Sequence record: DRR378314_814
Length of the DNA stretch: 64,000 bases
Direction: 5' to 3' (one strand)
Shown here: piece after piece, positions 20,275 through 30,830 of the stretch
Layout of the letters: each line of letters opens with the position of its first letter
Numbering within the stretch: the first letter of the stretch is position 1
Translations under genes and position numbers: made by a program
The notes under the pieces: generated by a model
The model's input: only the letters and a program-made list of their open reading frames with translations
Databases searched by the model: none
Told to the model about the DNA's origin: nothing

Positions 20275-22143
20275 ATGAGCGGAATAAAATCCACATCGGG
20301 CTCAACGCCCCCGGCATCGGTTGAAGGAACCCGGACAGCGGGAACCTCTGCCCAGCAGGTTGCCCCTGTAAATCCCACAAATCCAACGGGCGGGCAATCC
20401 AATTCCGGCGTACCGCAAGCCAGCAGCATTGCAAATCTAACCGAAGGTTCCATGCTGGCGGCGGTTGTAACGGCCCGCGCCTCAGGCGGCGATACAATGC
20501 TGCATACAGAGGTCGGAAATTTCCGGATGCACAGCAACTCCCCTATTCCCGTGGGAAGCCATGTGGTTTTGGAGCTGGAAGCGGTTGATGACATGATTGT
20601 CGCGCGGGTCATGGCCATTAACGGTGAAAAACTGGCCGCACCGCCTTCTGTCTCGTTAATTCCGGTGGTCAATGCCCAAAAACAAGATGCTTATGCTTTG
20701 GTCAGCCAACTGGCCAATCAACAAGGCGGCGGCGAAACCCAACTGCAAACCCTGACGGCGGCCCTGAACAAAGCGCCGCAAAATGCCGTGAACGTTCCAA
20801 CGCAGCCCTTATCAGGACAGGGAAATCAAGCCACGCACCCACCGCTCATACCGGGAGCGGGCGGGCAAGGCGGGGCGACACCGCCCCTCAACAGCACCTT
20901 ATTGGCGGCGTCCTTATCAGCCGGAAATACCAGCGGAGCTGGCCCCCTTTCCTCCTCCGGCACGGTTGCGGCTTATACCCACACCACAAGCCCGGGGGCC
21001 AGGCCACAAGCAGCGCAGCCGCCAGGTGCAGCACAAGCCCACGGGGCCGCGGCAGGTTCCGGAGCCCAGCAGACAGGGCAACAACCTTTGGCACTTGGCC
21101 TCGAACTGGTGAGAGCGACCATTGACAGCCCCTCTCTAAACCCGAAGTTCCTGACGTCTCTTGGAATGGCACCGGTAAATGCGGGCTCTCAACTCTCCAT
21201 GGTCATCCTCTCCCCTGATGGAGTTCAGAACGCTGCAGCCGAATTACAAAAAGGTGTCGCAACAGGCACGGTCATCAGTCTTTCCGGAGGTTTGGCCAAC
21301 AAGGGTGGGGGCAAGACAGTTCAGGTTCATGTTCAGTCACCTGAACTGGGAACCTTGCGCTTTGTGACCACCAACCCACCGGCCAATGGTAGCCAGATTG
21401 CGCTGGCCATTTCCGATAAGCTGGAGGCATTTCCGCTTCTACCACCGCTTGGCAGTAGCGGTTTGTTCAAGACACCGCATCTTCCCCTGCTCAGCAGTTG
21501 GGATAATCTTCGCCTTGCCCTGAATATTACAGCGTCACATGATCCGATCCTTGCAAATCTGCTCACCAGCACGCGTCTTCCCACGGCGAATTCTGCCCTT
21601 GGGGCAAGCCTGCTGTTTTTTCTGTCTGCCCTGAACGGTGGCAATATCAATAAATGGCTGGGACAGGATTTCCAGAATTTGATGGACAGAAGCGGACATT
21701 CAGATCTGATGAGATCCCTGCAGGATGATTTCAGCACCCTGTCGCGCCTCAACACCGATCAGGGTGGCCACGACTGGAAAAACCTGACCTTCCCATTTCT
21801 GACCGAAGGGCGGCTTGAACAACTCAAGATGTTCTACCGCCGACACAACCGTGAAGAACAGGGAAAAATGGAGGAGGAGACCCGCTTCGTAATAGAACTG
21901 GATCTCAGCAAAAGTGGCCCCGTCCAACTGGACGGCCTATTTCGGCCCAAGCATTTCGATCTTCTGTTTCGACATCAAAAGGAACTGGAGACGGGCCTGA
22001 AAGAACGGGTTGGTCAGATTTTCGCACAGAATATTGAGATTACCGGGCTGTCCGGTGGCCTGACATTTCGCCAGCTTCCCTCATTTCCTATTCATCCCAC
22101 CGAAGAATGGGAAGTCAGAAACCCAAACCTGACCCAAGCATAA
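20275..22143 (+). CDS. Hypothetical flagellar-cluster protein with FliK-like C-terminus
   Basis: 622-aa ORF ending the fliF-flhG run; Gly/Ala/Pro/Gln-rich middle; C-terminal TRFVIELDLSKSGPVQLDGLF. Confidence 0.65.
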   Translation: MSGIKSTSGSTPPASVEGTRTAGTSAQQVAPVNPTNPTGGQSNSGVPQASSIANLTEGSMLAAVVTARASGGDTMLHTEVGNFRMHSNSPIPVGSHVVLELEAVDDMIVARVMAINGEKLAAPPSVSLIPVVNAQKQDAYALVSQLANQQGGGETQLQTLTAALNKAPQNAVNVPTQPLSGQGNQATHPPLIPGAGGQGGATPPLNSTLLAASLSAGNTSGAGPLSSSGTVAAYTHTTSPGARPQAAQPPGAAQAHGAAAGSGAQQTGQQPLALGLELVRATIDSPSLNPKFLTSLGMAPVNAGSQLSMVILSPDGVQNAAAELQKGVATGTVISLSGGLANKGGGKTVQVHVQSPELGTLRFVTTNPPANGSQIALAISDKLEAFPLLPPLGSSGLFKTPHLPLLSSWDNLRLALNITASHDPILANLLTSTRLPTANSALGASLLFFLSALNGGNINKWLGQDFQNLMDRSGHSDLMRSLQDDFSTLSRLNTDQGGHDWKNLTFPFLTEGRLEQLKMFYRRHNREEQGKMEEETRFVIELDLSKSGPVQLDGLFRPKHFDLLFRHQKELETGLKERVGQIFAQNIEITGLSGGLTFRQLPSFPIHPTEEWEVRNPNLTQA

Positions 22144-22161
22144 AGCCGTTATCCATTCCCC

Positions 22162-22581
22162 TCAGGAAATGGATTTACGGCGATGCATTTCGATAGAGAA
22201 GCTATCGATTTCTTCCTGATAGCGTTTTTCCTGCTGCTCTTTGAGGATCCGGAGACGGTTTTCCTCTGAAATTTCGTATTTTTTCAGCTCCTGAAATTGC
22301 TCCGCCATTTCAGAACGGGCCTGTTCGATCCGCTCATCCAATTCCTGAATACTGGCTTGCAAATTTTCCCGGCGCAGACGCGCGCCCTCGGCATAGCTGG
22401 CATAATGCATGGCAGCGGCCGAATCACCGGCGGCAATTTCCTGCTCACGCACCTGTTCATGGTTCAATTTTTCCAACTGCGCCACAAAATTTGCCCGCAA
22501 CTCCTCAAGATCGGAGACTTCTCTTCGCTTTTCGTCCAGTTTAAACTTCTGAATCCGAATCAGATTCCCAATTCCGGCCAT
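22162..22581 (-). CDS. fliJ: Flagellar export chaperone
   Basis: 139-aa coiled coil downstream of fliI; LIRIQKFKLDEKRR, FQELKKYEI. Confidence 0.85.
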   Translation of the reverse strand: MAGIGNLIRIQKFKLDEKRREVSDLEELRANFVAQLEKLNHEQVREQEIAAGDSAAAMHYASYAEGARLRRENLQASIQELDERIEQARSEMAEQFQELKKYEISEENRLRILKEQQEKRYQEEIDSFSIEMHRRKSIS

Positions 22582-22607
22582 GATTTATATACCCCTCTTA
22601 AACACGG

Positions 22608-23954
22608 CTATTGTTCAACTGGCGCGGCGGCCATATTTTCGGGCGCAACGTTCAGTATTTCTGCCAACATTTGATAGCATTCCTCTAGTGATGTGTTTTC
22701 TTCCTTCTGCTGAGTGAGGAATTGCTCCAACAGTGGATAATAATGGATAGCTGCATCTACATTTGCATCGCTGCCCTGACGGTAGGCTCCTAAGCGAATC
22801 AGTTCCGCCATGTCTTCATATGTGGACAGCAACTGCTTTGCAGCCATGATGACCTGACTTTCCTCGGGCGTATTACAGCCCGGCATCGTTCGCGAAACAG
22901 ACTTCAGAACGTTGATCGCGGGATATCGGCCGCGCTCGGCAATTTTTCGCTCCATCACGATATGACCATCGAGGATCCCGCGTACCGCATCGGCAACAGG
23001 TTCGTTATGGTCATCCCCCTCCACAAGCACTGTAAATAGACCCGTAATGGTCCCCTTACCCGGCCCGGGTCCTGCGCGCTCCAACAACTTGGGAAGCTCG
23101 CTGAAAACGGTTGGGGTATAGCCTTTACTGGTCGGCGGCTCTCCGCCGGAAAGGCCGACATCCCGCTGTGCCATGGCAAAGCGGGTTACACTGTCCATCA
23201 GGCACAGAACGTCATTGTCCAGATCACGGAAATACTCAGAGAGAGCCAGCGTCAGATAAGCCGCCTGGCGGCGCATGAGGGCTGGTTCATCAGATGTGGC
23301 AACGACTACAATACTTTTGGCCAGACCTTCAGGTCCGAGGTCATCTTCAAGGAATTCCTGAACCTCGCGTCCTCGCTCTCCAATCAGTCCGATAATATTG
23401 ACATCAGCATGGGTGTAGCGCGCAAGCATGGATAAAAGTACCGATTTACCAACGCCGGAACCCGCGAAAATCCCCATTCTTTGCCCCCGGCAGCAAGTCG
23501 CAAAGGTATTCAGCGCGCGCACACCCAGATCAATTTTTTGCCCCACCCGCTGACGGGAATGAGCAGGTGGCGCCGCGTTCTTTAAAGGCACAGGCATTGC
23601 GCCTTTGCGAAGTGGAGGGCCCCCATCGATCGGCTCTCCCATGGCATTTACGACACGGCCCAGCCAACTTTCATCGGGAAAAACAACGGGATCAGGATCT
23701 GCAATCAGAGCCTTACATCCCATGCCTACCCCCTCAAGGGAGCCAAAAGGCATGAGCAGCGCACGGTCATCGCGAAAGCCAACGACTTCGCATTGAACGA
23801 CCTTATCGCCGCGCGCCAGAAGATCAACGCGGCTGCCGATACTCAGGTGCCGCTGAATCCCGCCAACTTCCACAAGCAAGCCCTGTATCGCAGCGACCCG
23901 TCCATAAAACTGTTGTGTAGAGACCCGACTGATCTCGGAAATAATACTTAGCAC
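22608..23954 (-). CDS. fliI: Flagellum-specific export ATPase
   Basis: [61 protein letters not shown]. Start placed at GTG 23954 (GGGGAG upstream). Confidence 0.95.
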   Translation of the reverse strand: MLSIISEISRVSTQQFYGRVAAIQGLLVEVGGIQRHLSIGSRVDLLARGDKVVQCEVVGFRDDRALLMPFGSLEGVGMGCKALIADPDPVVFPDESWLGRVVNAMGEPIDGGPPLRKGAMPVPLKNAAPPAHSRQRVGQKIDLGVRALNTFATCCRGQRMGIFAGSGVGKSVLLSMLARYTHADVNIIGLIGERGREVQEFLEDDLGPEGLAKSIVVVATSDEPALMRRQAAYLTLALSEYFRDLDNDVLCLMDSVTRFAMAQRDVGLSGGEPPTSKGYTPTVFSELPKLLERAGPGPGKGTITGLFTVLVEGDDHNEPVADAVRGILDGHIVMERKIAERGRYPAINVLKSVSRTMPGCNTPEESQVIMAAKQLLSTYEDMAELIRLGAYRQGSDANVDAAIHYYPLLEQFLTQQKEENTSLEECYQMLAEILNVAPENMAAAPVEQ

Positions 23955-24084
23955 CCCGTACTCCCCGACTACTTTCAAGCACTGATTTTCTGTTCTGGGA
24001 ATACACTTTGCCTGACATCTTTTAAAGTTTCGTAAAGGATAAATAATCCTTCGAGATAAATTAGTTAATTTTTTAGCTTTGCCG

Positions 24085-24099
24085 TTAACCAATTGTTAA
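24085..24099. promoter_or_regulatory. Perfect CtrA box between divergent fliI and ctrA
   Basis: TTAA-CCAATTG-TTAA, with further TTAA half-sites nearby. Confidence 0.8.
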
Positions 24100-24142
24100 G
24101 CTAGAATCTTAACAATATCGCCTTAATAGGAGGTCCAACTCA

Positions 24143-24844
24143 ATGCGGGTATTATTAATCGAAGACGATAGTTCAATGGCACGCGGTATCGAATTGATGC
24201 TGAATGCTGAAGGTTTGAATGTCTATACCACTGATCTCGGCGAAGAAGGCGTAGATCTTGGCAAACTGTATGATTACGACATTATAATTCTGGATCTGGG
24301 TTTACCAGACATGTCCGGGTATGATGTATTGAAAAAGCTGCGGACAGCTAAGGTGTCAACACCCATCCTCATCCTTTCCGGAATGTCTGAACCAGACGAC
24401 AAGGTTAAGGGACTGGGCTTTGGTGCTGACGATTACTTAACCAAGCCCTTTAATAAAGATGAGCTGATTGCCCGGATCCATGCGATTGTCCGGCGCTCCA
24501 AAGGGCATGCACAATCAACCATCACGACAGGCAAGCTCACGGTCAACCTGGACTCTAAATCTGTGGAGGTGGACGGTCAGCGTCTGCATCTTACAGGTAA
24601 AGAATATGGCATGCTGGAACTGTTGAGCCTTCGCAAGGGGACAACCCTGACGAAGGAAATGTTCCTCAACCACCTTTATGGCGGTATGGATGAGCCTGAA
24701 CTCAAAATCATCGACGTTTTCGTATGTAAGCTGCGTAAAAAACTGGCGTCAGCAACAAGCGGAGACAATTATATCGAAACTGTCTGGGGACGCGGATACG
24801 TGCTTCGGGATCCTGAAGAGAATCGCAGTGCCAAAGCCAGTTAA
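24143..24844 (+). CDS. ctrA: Cell-cycle/motility response regulator CtrA
   Basis: [72 protein letters not shown]. Confidence 0.97.
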   Translation: MRVLLIEDDSSMARGIELMLNAEGLNVYTTDLGEEGVDLGKLYDYDIIILDLGLPDMSGYDVLKKLRTAKVSTPILILSGMSEPDDKVKGLGFGADDYLTKPFNKDELIARIHAIVRRSKGHAQSTITTGKLTVNLDSKSVEVDGQRLHLTGKEYGMLELLSLRKGTTLTKEMFLNHLYGGMDEPELKIIDVFVCKLRKKLASATSGDNYIETVWGRGYVLRDPEENRSAKAS

Positions 24845-24867
24845 GTCCTAATCAACATCTCTCAAAC

Positions 24868-24899
24868 AAAAACCGCCTTGAAAACAAGGCGGTTTTTTT
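24868..24899. terminator. Bidirectional intrinsic terminator (ctrA / cheR)
   Basis: AAAAACCGCCTTG-AAAA-CAAGGCGGTTTTTTT. Confidence 0.85.
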
Positions 24900-24948
24900 G
24901 TTCGGTATGTCGAAATTTGATCATCAAACAGGTTGGGACATCTTACCC

Positions 24949-25785
24949 TTACCCCGCGTTTGCAAGTACACCGCCTTCAGCAGGCGTATAAACGCCCTTC
25001 AGGCCACTGACCGCATTGAAATCATCACAGATCCCAAGAACTGTTTCAGCGCCGCCCAGGAACAAAGCTCCATCGCGCGCCATGATCTTATGCATCTGCT
25101 TGAGAACCTGCGCTTTTGTCGGATGATCAAAGTAAATCAGAACGTTTCTGCAGAAAATCACATCGAACGTTCCAATACCCGTCAAAGGCTGCAAAAGGTT
25201 CAGTTTCTGGAACTTGACCATCGCACGGATCGAGCTGTCGATTTGCCACATTTCACCAATCTGCTGGAAGTATTTGATCAGCAACTGAATGGGCAGGCCG
25301 CGCTGCACTTCAAATTGGGAATAAAGACCCGCCTTAGCCTTTTCCAGCACTTCGTTGGAGATATCTGTTGCCAGAATCTCAACCCGCCAGCCAGCCATTT
25401 TGGCTGCTTCTTCTTTCAAAAGCATGGCCAGAGAATAAGGCTCCTGCCCTGTTGAACAGGCCGCATTCCAAATCCGTAAGCTCTTATTCGCTGACCTGGT
25501 TTGCAGCAAATGCGGCAAAATGGTTTCTTTGAATGTATCGAAAGGCTTGTTATCCCGAAAAAAGAACGTTTCGTTCGTTGTCATCGCCTCGGTGATATCT
25601 TCTTTCAGCTTCTCATCATTGGACCGGCGCAGTTCATTGGCCAGGTCCTCAAGAGTGTTCAATCCCCGCTGACGCGCCAAAGGAACGAGGCGACTTTCAA
25701 GCAAATACACCTTGTCTTCACTGAGCACCAGACCAGAACGATCTCTTACGAGGGTACTAAAAAGCTGGAAGTCCTGACTATTCAT
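24949..25785 (-). CDS. cheR: Chemotaxis methyltransferase
   Basis: TTNETFFFRD, RIWNAACSTGQEPYS, FDVIFCRNVLIYF, LFLGGAET. Start ATG 25785. Confidence 0.95.
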   Translation of the reverse strand: MNSQDFQLFSTLVRDRSGLVLSEDKVYLLESRLVPLARQRGLNTLEDLANELRRSNDEKLKEDITEAMTTNETFFFRDNKPFDTFKETILPHLLQTRSANKSLRIWNAACSTGQEPYSLAMLLKEEAAKMAGWRVEILATDISNEVLEKAKAGLYSQFEVQRGLPIQLLIKYFQQIGEMWQIDSSIRAMVKFQKLNLLQPLTGIGTFDVIFCRNVLIYFDHPTKAQVLKQMHKIMARDGALFLGGAETVLGICDDFNAVSGLKGVYTPAEGGVLANAG

Positions 25786-26912
25786 TACGGTCTCCCTATA
25801 AGTGCATTCTCGATGGCTCCTGGAATGCTTGTCAGTGGCAGCACTGCATTGGACAGCCCTGCCGTAGCGACCGCACCGGGCATGCCCCATACAACACTTG
25901 TTTCTTCATCTTGAGCAATCACGTACCCCCCGGATTTCGCTAACTGCTCACAACCTTTCTGTCCATCCTGACCCATACCAGTCAAAATAACTGTCAGAAG
26001 TCGACTGCCATAAACGCTATCGAGGCTTCTCAACATAGGATCCACCGCCGGACGACAGAAATTCTCCGGCGGATTTTGATTTAGACTAATCTTCAGATCT
26101 GTCCCATCCTTGACGACGGTCATGTGCCAGTCACCAGGCGCAAGATAGATCTGGCCATTTTCAATTTTTTCACCATCCACAGCTTCATGGCAGGGAATGC
26201 CTGCAATCTTGGCCAAATGCTCAGCCAGAATTGCTGTAAAGGTCGCCGGCATATGCTGTGTGATAAAGACCGGAACAGACGCCAGTTTTCCTTTCAGCTT
26301 TTCAAACAAACCAAACAAAGCTTGCGGACCACCCGTCGAAGATCCGATCGCCAAAGCTTTTGGCAGCAGACCGCTTGATCTAAAAGGCCGGATATCAATA
26401 GAGGCACCACGGTAAAGACCCCCACTTGCTGAACCAGCAGGTGGAAGTTCCGTCCGAGCCGGTTCTACGGGAGGCGGTGGCTGCTCTCCCAATTTACGGC
26501 GACGCGTTTCTCCGAGTGCCTTGATCTTGGCGACAAGGTTGCGATGAAAAATCTCTTTCTCATCAACCTGACGTGTGCTTTCCGGTTTTGGGATATAGTC
26601 GGCCGCACCTTTGGCCAGGGCCTGCATGCTGATATCAGCGTTTCGCAATGTGAGTGTGGACGCCATAATGACTTTTACATCACGGTCCAGTTCAATCAGT
26701 TTTGGAAGCGCTGTCATGCCGTCCATTTCCGGCATTTCAATATCCAGTACAACGATTTCAGGCCGGTGTTTTTCAAACTCTTTCAACGCAGCGGCACCAT
26801 TTACGGCGGAGGCTACAACTTCGATATCAGCCTCTTCATTCAGCCAACGCGACAGAAACCCTCTAATAACCGCAGAATCGTCAACAATCATTACCCGATA
26901 TGGTGTCTTCAT
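25785..26912 (-). CDS. cheB: Chemotaxis response regulator methylesterase
   Basis: Receiver domain plus GSSTGGP, QHMP, RPAVD, LTGMG.DG, AQDEETSVVWGMP. Start ATG 26912. Confidence 0.95.
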   Translation of the reverse strand: MKTPYRVMIVDDSAVIRGFLSRWLNEEADIEVVASAVNGAAALKEFEKHRPEIVVLDIEMPEMDGMTALPKLIELDRDVKVIMASTLTLRNADISMQALAKGAADYIPKPESTRQVDEKEIFHRNLVAKIKALGETRRRKLGEQPPPPVEPARTELPPAGSASGGLYRGASIDIRPFRSSGLLPKALAIGSSTGGPQALFGLFEKLKGKLASVPVFITQHMPATFTAILAEHLAKIAGIPCHEAVDGEKIENGQIYLAPGDWHMTVVKDGTDLKISLNQNPPENFCRPAVDPMLRSLDSVYGSRLLTVILTGMGQDGQKGCEQLAKSGGYVIAQDEETSVVWGMPGAVATAGLSNAVLPLTSIPGAIENALIGRP

Positions 26913-26956
26913 TCTCGTTCTAGTTTCCCCGATTAACGACGGAACAATCTGGTTCA

Positions 26957-27322
26957 CTAAAGGACCCCTACCTGCGATAGCTTGGCTTCAATAATCGCAC
27001 GATCAAAGGGTTTCATAATATACTCATTCGCACCGGCTGAGATCGCCTCGCGAATGTGTGCCATGTCATTTTCCGTGGTACAGAAGACAACGACCGGCTC
27101 GGTCCCTCCGTCTGCTTTTCGAAGTTCCCGGAGAAAATCAATGCCGTTCATAACAGGCATATTCCAGTCGAGCAGGATGACATCTGGCATCTTGTCCAGG
27201 CATACATCCATGGCTCCCTTGCCATCTTCCGCTTCAATGCAGGCAAAATTCAAGTCCTGCAAAATCCGCCTGGCGACCATACGGACAACTTTTGAGTCAT
27301 CCACAATCAGACACGAGGTCAT
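26957..27322 (-). CDS. cheY: Single-domain chemotaxis response regulator
   Basis: CLIVDDS, LLDWNMPVM, YIMKPFD; inside the che operon. Confidence 0.9.
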   Translation of the reverse strand: MTSCLIVDDSKVVRMVARRILQDLNFACIEAEDGKGAMDVCLDKMPDVILLDWNMPVMNGIDFLRELRKADGGTEPVVVFCTTENDMAHIREAISAGANEYIMKPFDRAIIEAKLSQVGVL

Positions 27323-27346
27323 ATCGATATTACCCCTTTTCGGTTA

Positions 27347-27799
27347 TTAAGCTGCCACAGATGCTCCAGCGAAATCCAACAGACGGTCAATCTGCAAGAT
27401 CACAATCAATTTGTTTTCCGACCGGTAAATACCAGAGGAAACCTCCCGCCATCTGGGCTCAAGTGTTGCCGGGTTCATTTCAATCTGATCTGTTTTCAGA
27501 CTGAGAACTTCTCCGACTGAGTCAATGAGCAGTGAATATGGTTCTCCGTGATGTTCCACAACCACACTCATTTGCTGACCCATGTCTTCGGGCATTGGCA
27601 AGCCAAGCCGTTTGCGAACATCGATACATGTCACGATCCGTCCGCGAAGGTTAAGGGCGCCTGCCACTTCCATTGGAGCCAACGGAATATTCGTCAATTG
27701 AATGCTGCCAAGGACGTCATGAACCTGTAAAACAGGGATTCCGAACATCTGACCAGCAATGGTAACAGTTACAAATTCCTGTAAATCGTTGTTGCTCAT
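27347..27799 (-). CDS. cheW: Chemotaxis coupling protein
   Basis: FGIPVLQVHDV, IPLAP.EVAGALNLRGRIVT.ID, LLIDSVGEV. Confidence 0.93.
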   Translation of the reverse strand: MSNNDLQEFVTVTIAGQMFGIPVLQVHDVLGSIQLTNIPLAPMEVAGALNLRGRIVTCIDVRKRLGLPMPEDMGQQMSVVVEHHGEPYSLLIDSVGEVLSLKTDQIEMNPATLEPRWREVSSGIYRSENKLIVILQIDRLLDFAGASVAA

Positions 27800-30582
27800 C
27801 TAGCTCCTCCGCCAGCACGCAGTGTTTGTGACAATGTATTCATCAGGGCATCCCGATCAAATTTCGCGACATAATCGGAGAAGCCAACCTGGCGTCCTCG
27901 ATCGAAGTCCTGCGGTGTTGCATGTGAGGACAGAGCAATGATTGGTGTGTCCGCCCAACGGTCATCTTTGAGGACTTCCTCAGCGAACTGAAACCCATCC
28001 ATTTCGGGCATTTCAATGTCACTGACAATAATATCAAACTCTTTACCTGCATCCCGAAGAGCCAGAGCCTGTTTCGGGTTTTCGGCAGTACTGACTTCAT
28101 ACCCGGCGACCGACAGAAGCGGCACCAGCATGTTGCGGAAGAACGGACTGTCATCGACCAGCAGAACCCTCTGATGAGACCGATCTGAACCGAAAGCTGC
28201 TGTTTCCTTTCCGCCGAACCAGTCACCGAAGCATTTCTGCAGGTAATAGCCGACATCAAGCACATCCGTGGCTTTCCCGCGAATAATGGCGCTACCGATC
28301 ATCCCTTCAACATGGGAAGACATTTCCACGTTCAAAGTGTCTTCGACAATATCGACGATTTCATCGACAACGAGGCCCATTGTCCGTTCATTCTCGGTGA
28401 ACACGAGGATGGGTTGACGACCGGTTTCGACAATTTTGCAATTATCGCTCATGGTCACCAGCGGCATGATTTTACCGCGATATTGGACAACCATCTGACC
28501 ATTTGTCATTTCAATCGAGTCGACATCCACTTCTTCCAGACGTGCAACCAGTGACAGTGGAACTGCTTTTGGTTCCTCGCCGCCGGCGCGGCAGATCAGC
28601 ATTGCAACCTTGTCGCTTTCCATTGAACTACTGCTAGCTTCTTCTTCCACATGATGGTCGCCGATAACATTTTCGCCTGTTTGCGACGCAATACCGTTCG
28701 GATCCAAAATCATGATCACGCTACCGTCTCCCAGAATTGTATTTCCAGAGAAAATGGACAGATGACGCAGGATCGGTGCAACCGGTTTCACGACGATCTC
28801 TTCTGTATCAAAGACACGATCAACAACAATACCAAAGGTATATGCGCCAACCTGGGTCACAATGATAAACTCTTCAGATCCCTTAACTTCGCTTTGCTCA
28901 GCAACTTCATCCGCGGCTGTTTCCAAGCGCAGGATTTCGTTCAGATGAACCAGTGGGAGCAGACGATCCCTAAGACGTAGAACCGGCGAGTCGTTAATCA
29001 GTTCAATCGTGTTGTCACTGCCCCCATCGGTGGAAGCGCGAACCAATTCGACGACACTGATTTGCGGAACCGCAAAGCGTTCACCCGCACATTCAACAAT
29101 CAGCGCAGAAACAATCGCCAGTGTCAGCGGGATCTTAATTGTGAAGACGGAGCCTTTGCCCTCTTCAGATTTCAACTCAACTGTTCCGCCGATTTTCTCG
29201 ATGTTGGAGCGGACAACGTCCATTCCCACACCCCGGCCGGATACGTTGGTAATTTTCTCGGCCGTGGAGAAGCCGGGACGCATGATGTAATTCTGAATCT
29301 GCTGGGTGCTCATGCCTTCCAGTTCAGCTTCAGAAGCCAGACCGTTTTCAATGACCTTTTTCTTGATCTTTTCAACGTTCAAACCACGCCCATCGTCGGA
29401 GATGGTGATAATGATGTGACCACCTTCGTGATACGCATCCAGAACCACACGGCCTGTTTCCTTCTTGCCGGCTTTCACCCGCTCACCCGGGGTTTCAAGC
29501 CCATGGTCAGCAGAGTTCCGAACCATATGTGTCAGCGGATCTTTGATCAGTTCCAGAACCTGACGGTCCAGTTCGGTTTCAGCACCATGCATGATCAGGT
29601 CGATCTTCTTGTCCAGTTCATGGCTAAGATCGCGAATAATGCGGGGCAGTTTCGACCAGGCATTCCCAATGGGCTGCATCCGGGTCTTCATCAGACCTTC
29701 CTGCAGTTCAGTGGTGACATGGCTGAGACGCTGTAACGGCACAGTAAATTCATTGTCATCCATGCCCCGAACCATTTGTAGCAACTGATTCCGTGTCAGG
29801 ACCAATTCACTCACCATTGTCATCAGGTCTTCCAGCAGTTCAACGCTAACCCGAATGCTCTGATTGGCGAGCGAAGTTTCTTTTTTCGCCTCTTCATTGG
29901 CAGCTGGTTTCTTGGCCGCCACAGCAGCAGGAGCTTCAGCTGCAACTTCCACTTCTTCTACTGGTTCAGCTTCCAATACCGGCTCTTCTTCATCTGGACC
30001 TGGAGCGGCATTAAAGGCGGCTTCCAACTCTTCCAGAGAGACTTCACCAGGTCTCGCGGCTTCCTCTTCGACTGGGGCTGCAGGTATCTCATCCGGTCCT
30101 TCTGCAGCAGCAAAAGCGGCTTCCAGTTCGGCTTCGGTAACTTCTTCGGAGAGTTCAACTACATTCGTTGCAGACGCAGCAGGAGCGGCAGTGGCGGCAG
30201 CACCTGTTCCATAAGCAACATCATTTAGGCGGGCAATCAGATCTGCATCGTTGCCTTCGGGCTCTTCTTCGGTCTGTTCAAGATTTTCCAGAAGGTCCTT
30301 GATGACATCCATGGCTTCCAGAATAATCGTCACCACATCCGGGGTCACGGTCAATTCATTGTCACGGATCTTACCCAGCACGTTTTCGCCGGCGTGCGCA
30401 ACGGCCTCTAATCGGGGTAGTCCCAAGAAACCGCAGGTTCCTTTAATCGTATGGACAAGTCGAAAGATGTTGTCAATCTGGCTTGGATCGTCAGGATTTT
30501 GTTCTAGCGCAACGAGTGCCGCATCGACGATACCAATGTTTTCGTTGGTTTCAGTCAGGAATTCACTTAACAGGTCATCCAT
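27796..30582 (-). CDS. cheA: Hybrid chemotaxis histidine kinase CheA-CheY
   Basis: HPt IFRLVHTIKG, P3 ELVLTRNQ, HMVRNSADHG, DDGRG, SGRGVGMDVV, two CheW-like domains, C-terminal receiver. Confidence 0.95.
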   Translation of the reverse strand: MDDLLSEFLTETNENIGIVDAALVALEQNPDDPSQIDNIFRLVHTIKGTCGFLGLPRLEAVAHAGENVLGKIRDNELTVTPDVVTIILEAMDVIKDLLENLEQTEEEPEGNDADLIARLNDVAYGTGAAATAAPAASATNVVELSEEVTEAELEAAFAAAEGPDEIPAAPVEEEAARPGEVSLEELEAAFNAAPGPDEEEPVLEAEPVEEVEVAAEAPAAVAAKKPAANEEAKKETSLANQSIRVSVELLEDLMTMVSELVLTRNQLLQMVRGMDDNEFTVPLQRLSHVTTELQEGLMKTRMQPIGNAWSKLPRIIRDLSHELDKKIDLIMHGAETELDRQVLELIKDPLTHMVRNSADHGLETPGERVKAGKKETGRVVLDAYHEGGHIIITISDDGRGLNVEKIKKKVIENGLASEAELEGMSTQQIQNYIMRPGFSTAEKITNVSGRGVGMDVVRSNIEKIGGTVELKSEEGKGSVFTIKIPLTLAIVSALIVECAGERFAVPQISVVELVRASTDGGSDNTIELINDSPVLRLRDRLLPLVHLNEILRLETAADEVAEQSEVKGSEEFIIVTQVGAYTFGIVVDRVFDTEEIVVKPVAPILRHLSIFSGNTILGDGSVIMILDPNGIASQTGENVIGDHHVEEEASSSSMESDKVAMLICRAGGEEPKAVPLSLVARLEEVDVDSIEMTNGQMVVQYRGKIMPLVTMSDNCKIVETGRQPILVFTENERTMGLVVDEIVDIVEDTLNVEMSSHVEGMIGSAIIRGKATDVLDVGYYLQKCFGDWFGGKETAAFGSDRSHQRVLLVDDSPFFRNMLVPLLSVAGYEVSTAENPKQALALRDAGKEFDIIVSDIEMPEMDGFQFAEEVLKDDRWADTPIIALSSHATPQDFDRGRQVGFSDYVAKFDRDALMNTLSQTLRAGGGAR

Positions 30583-30662
30583 GGTCTTATTTTCTCCCCG
30601 CTCTTGCAGGCCTTACATATAAAACTTTGCCACTAAGATGAGCGTAGAATGATGGAAAGAGG

Positions 30663-30677
30663 TTAACAAGCAGTTAC
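30663..30677. promoter_or_regulatory. CtrA-like box upstream of cheA
   Basis: TTAA-CAAGCAG-TTAC (one mismatch). Confidence 0.55.
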
Positions 30678-30777
30678 GTCTCGCTCCCCTTTTGGAAGAA
30701 AATTAGAATTTGTGAAAATTTTAGGAATTGCCTTCAAGAGGAAGCGCGTATCAGCGCTGTCTCTTGGCGCTCAAAAG

Positions 30778-30801
30778 AAAAAAGCGCCCGAAGGCGCCTT
30801 T
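30778..30801 (-). terminator. Intrinsic terminator after chpT
   Basis: Minus strand GCGCC-TTCG-GGCGC followed by TTTTTT. Confidence 0.7.
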
Positions 30802-30830
30802 ATGAACCAAACTCATTTACCAAGATCTGC

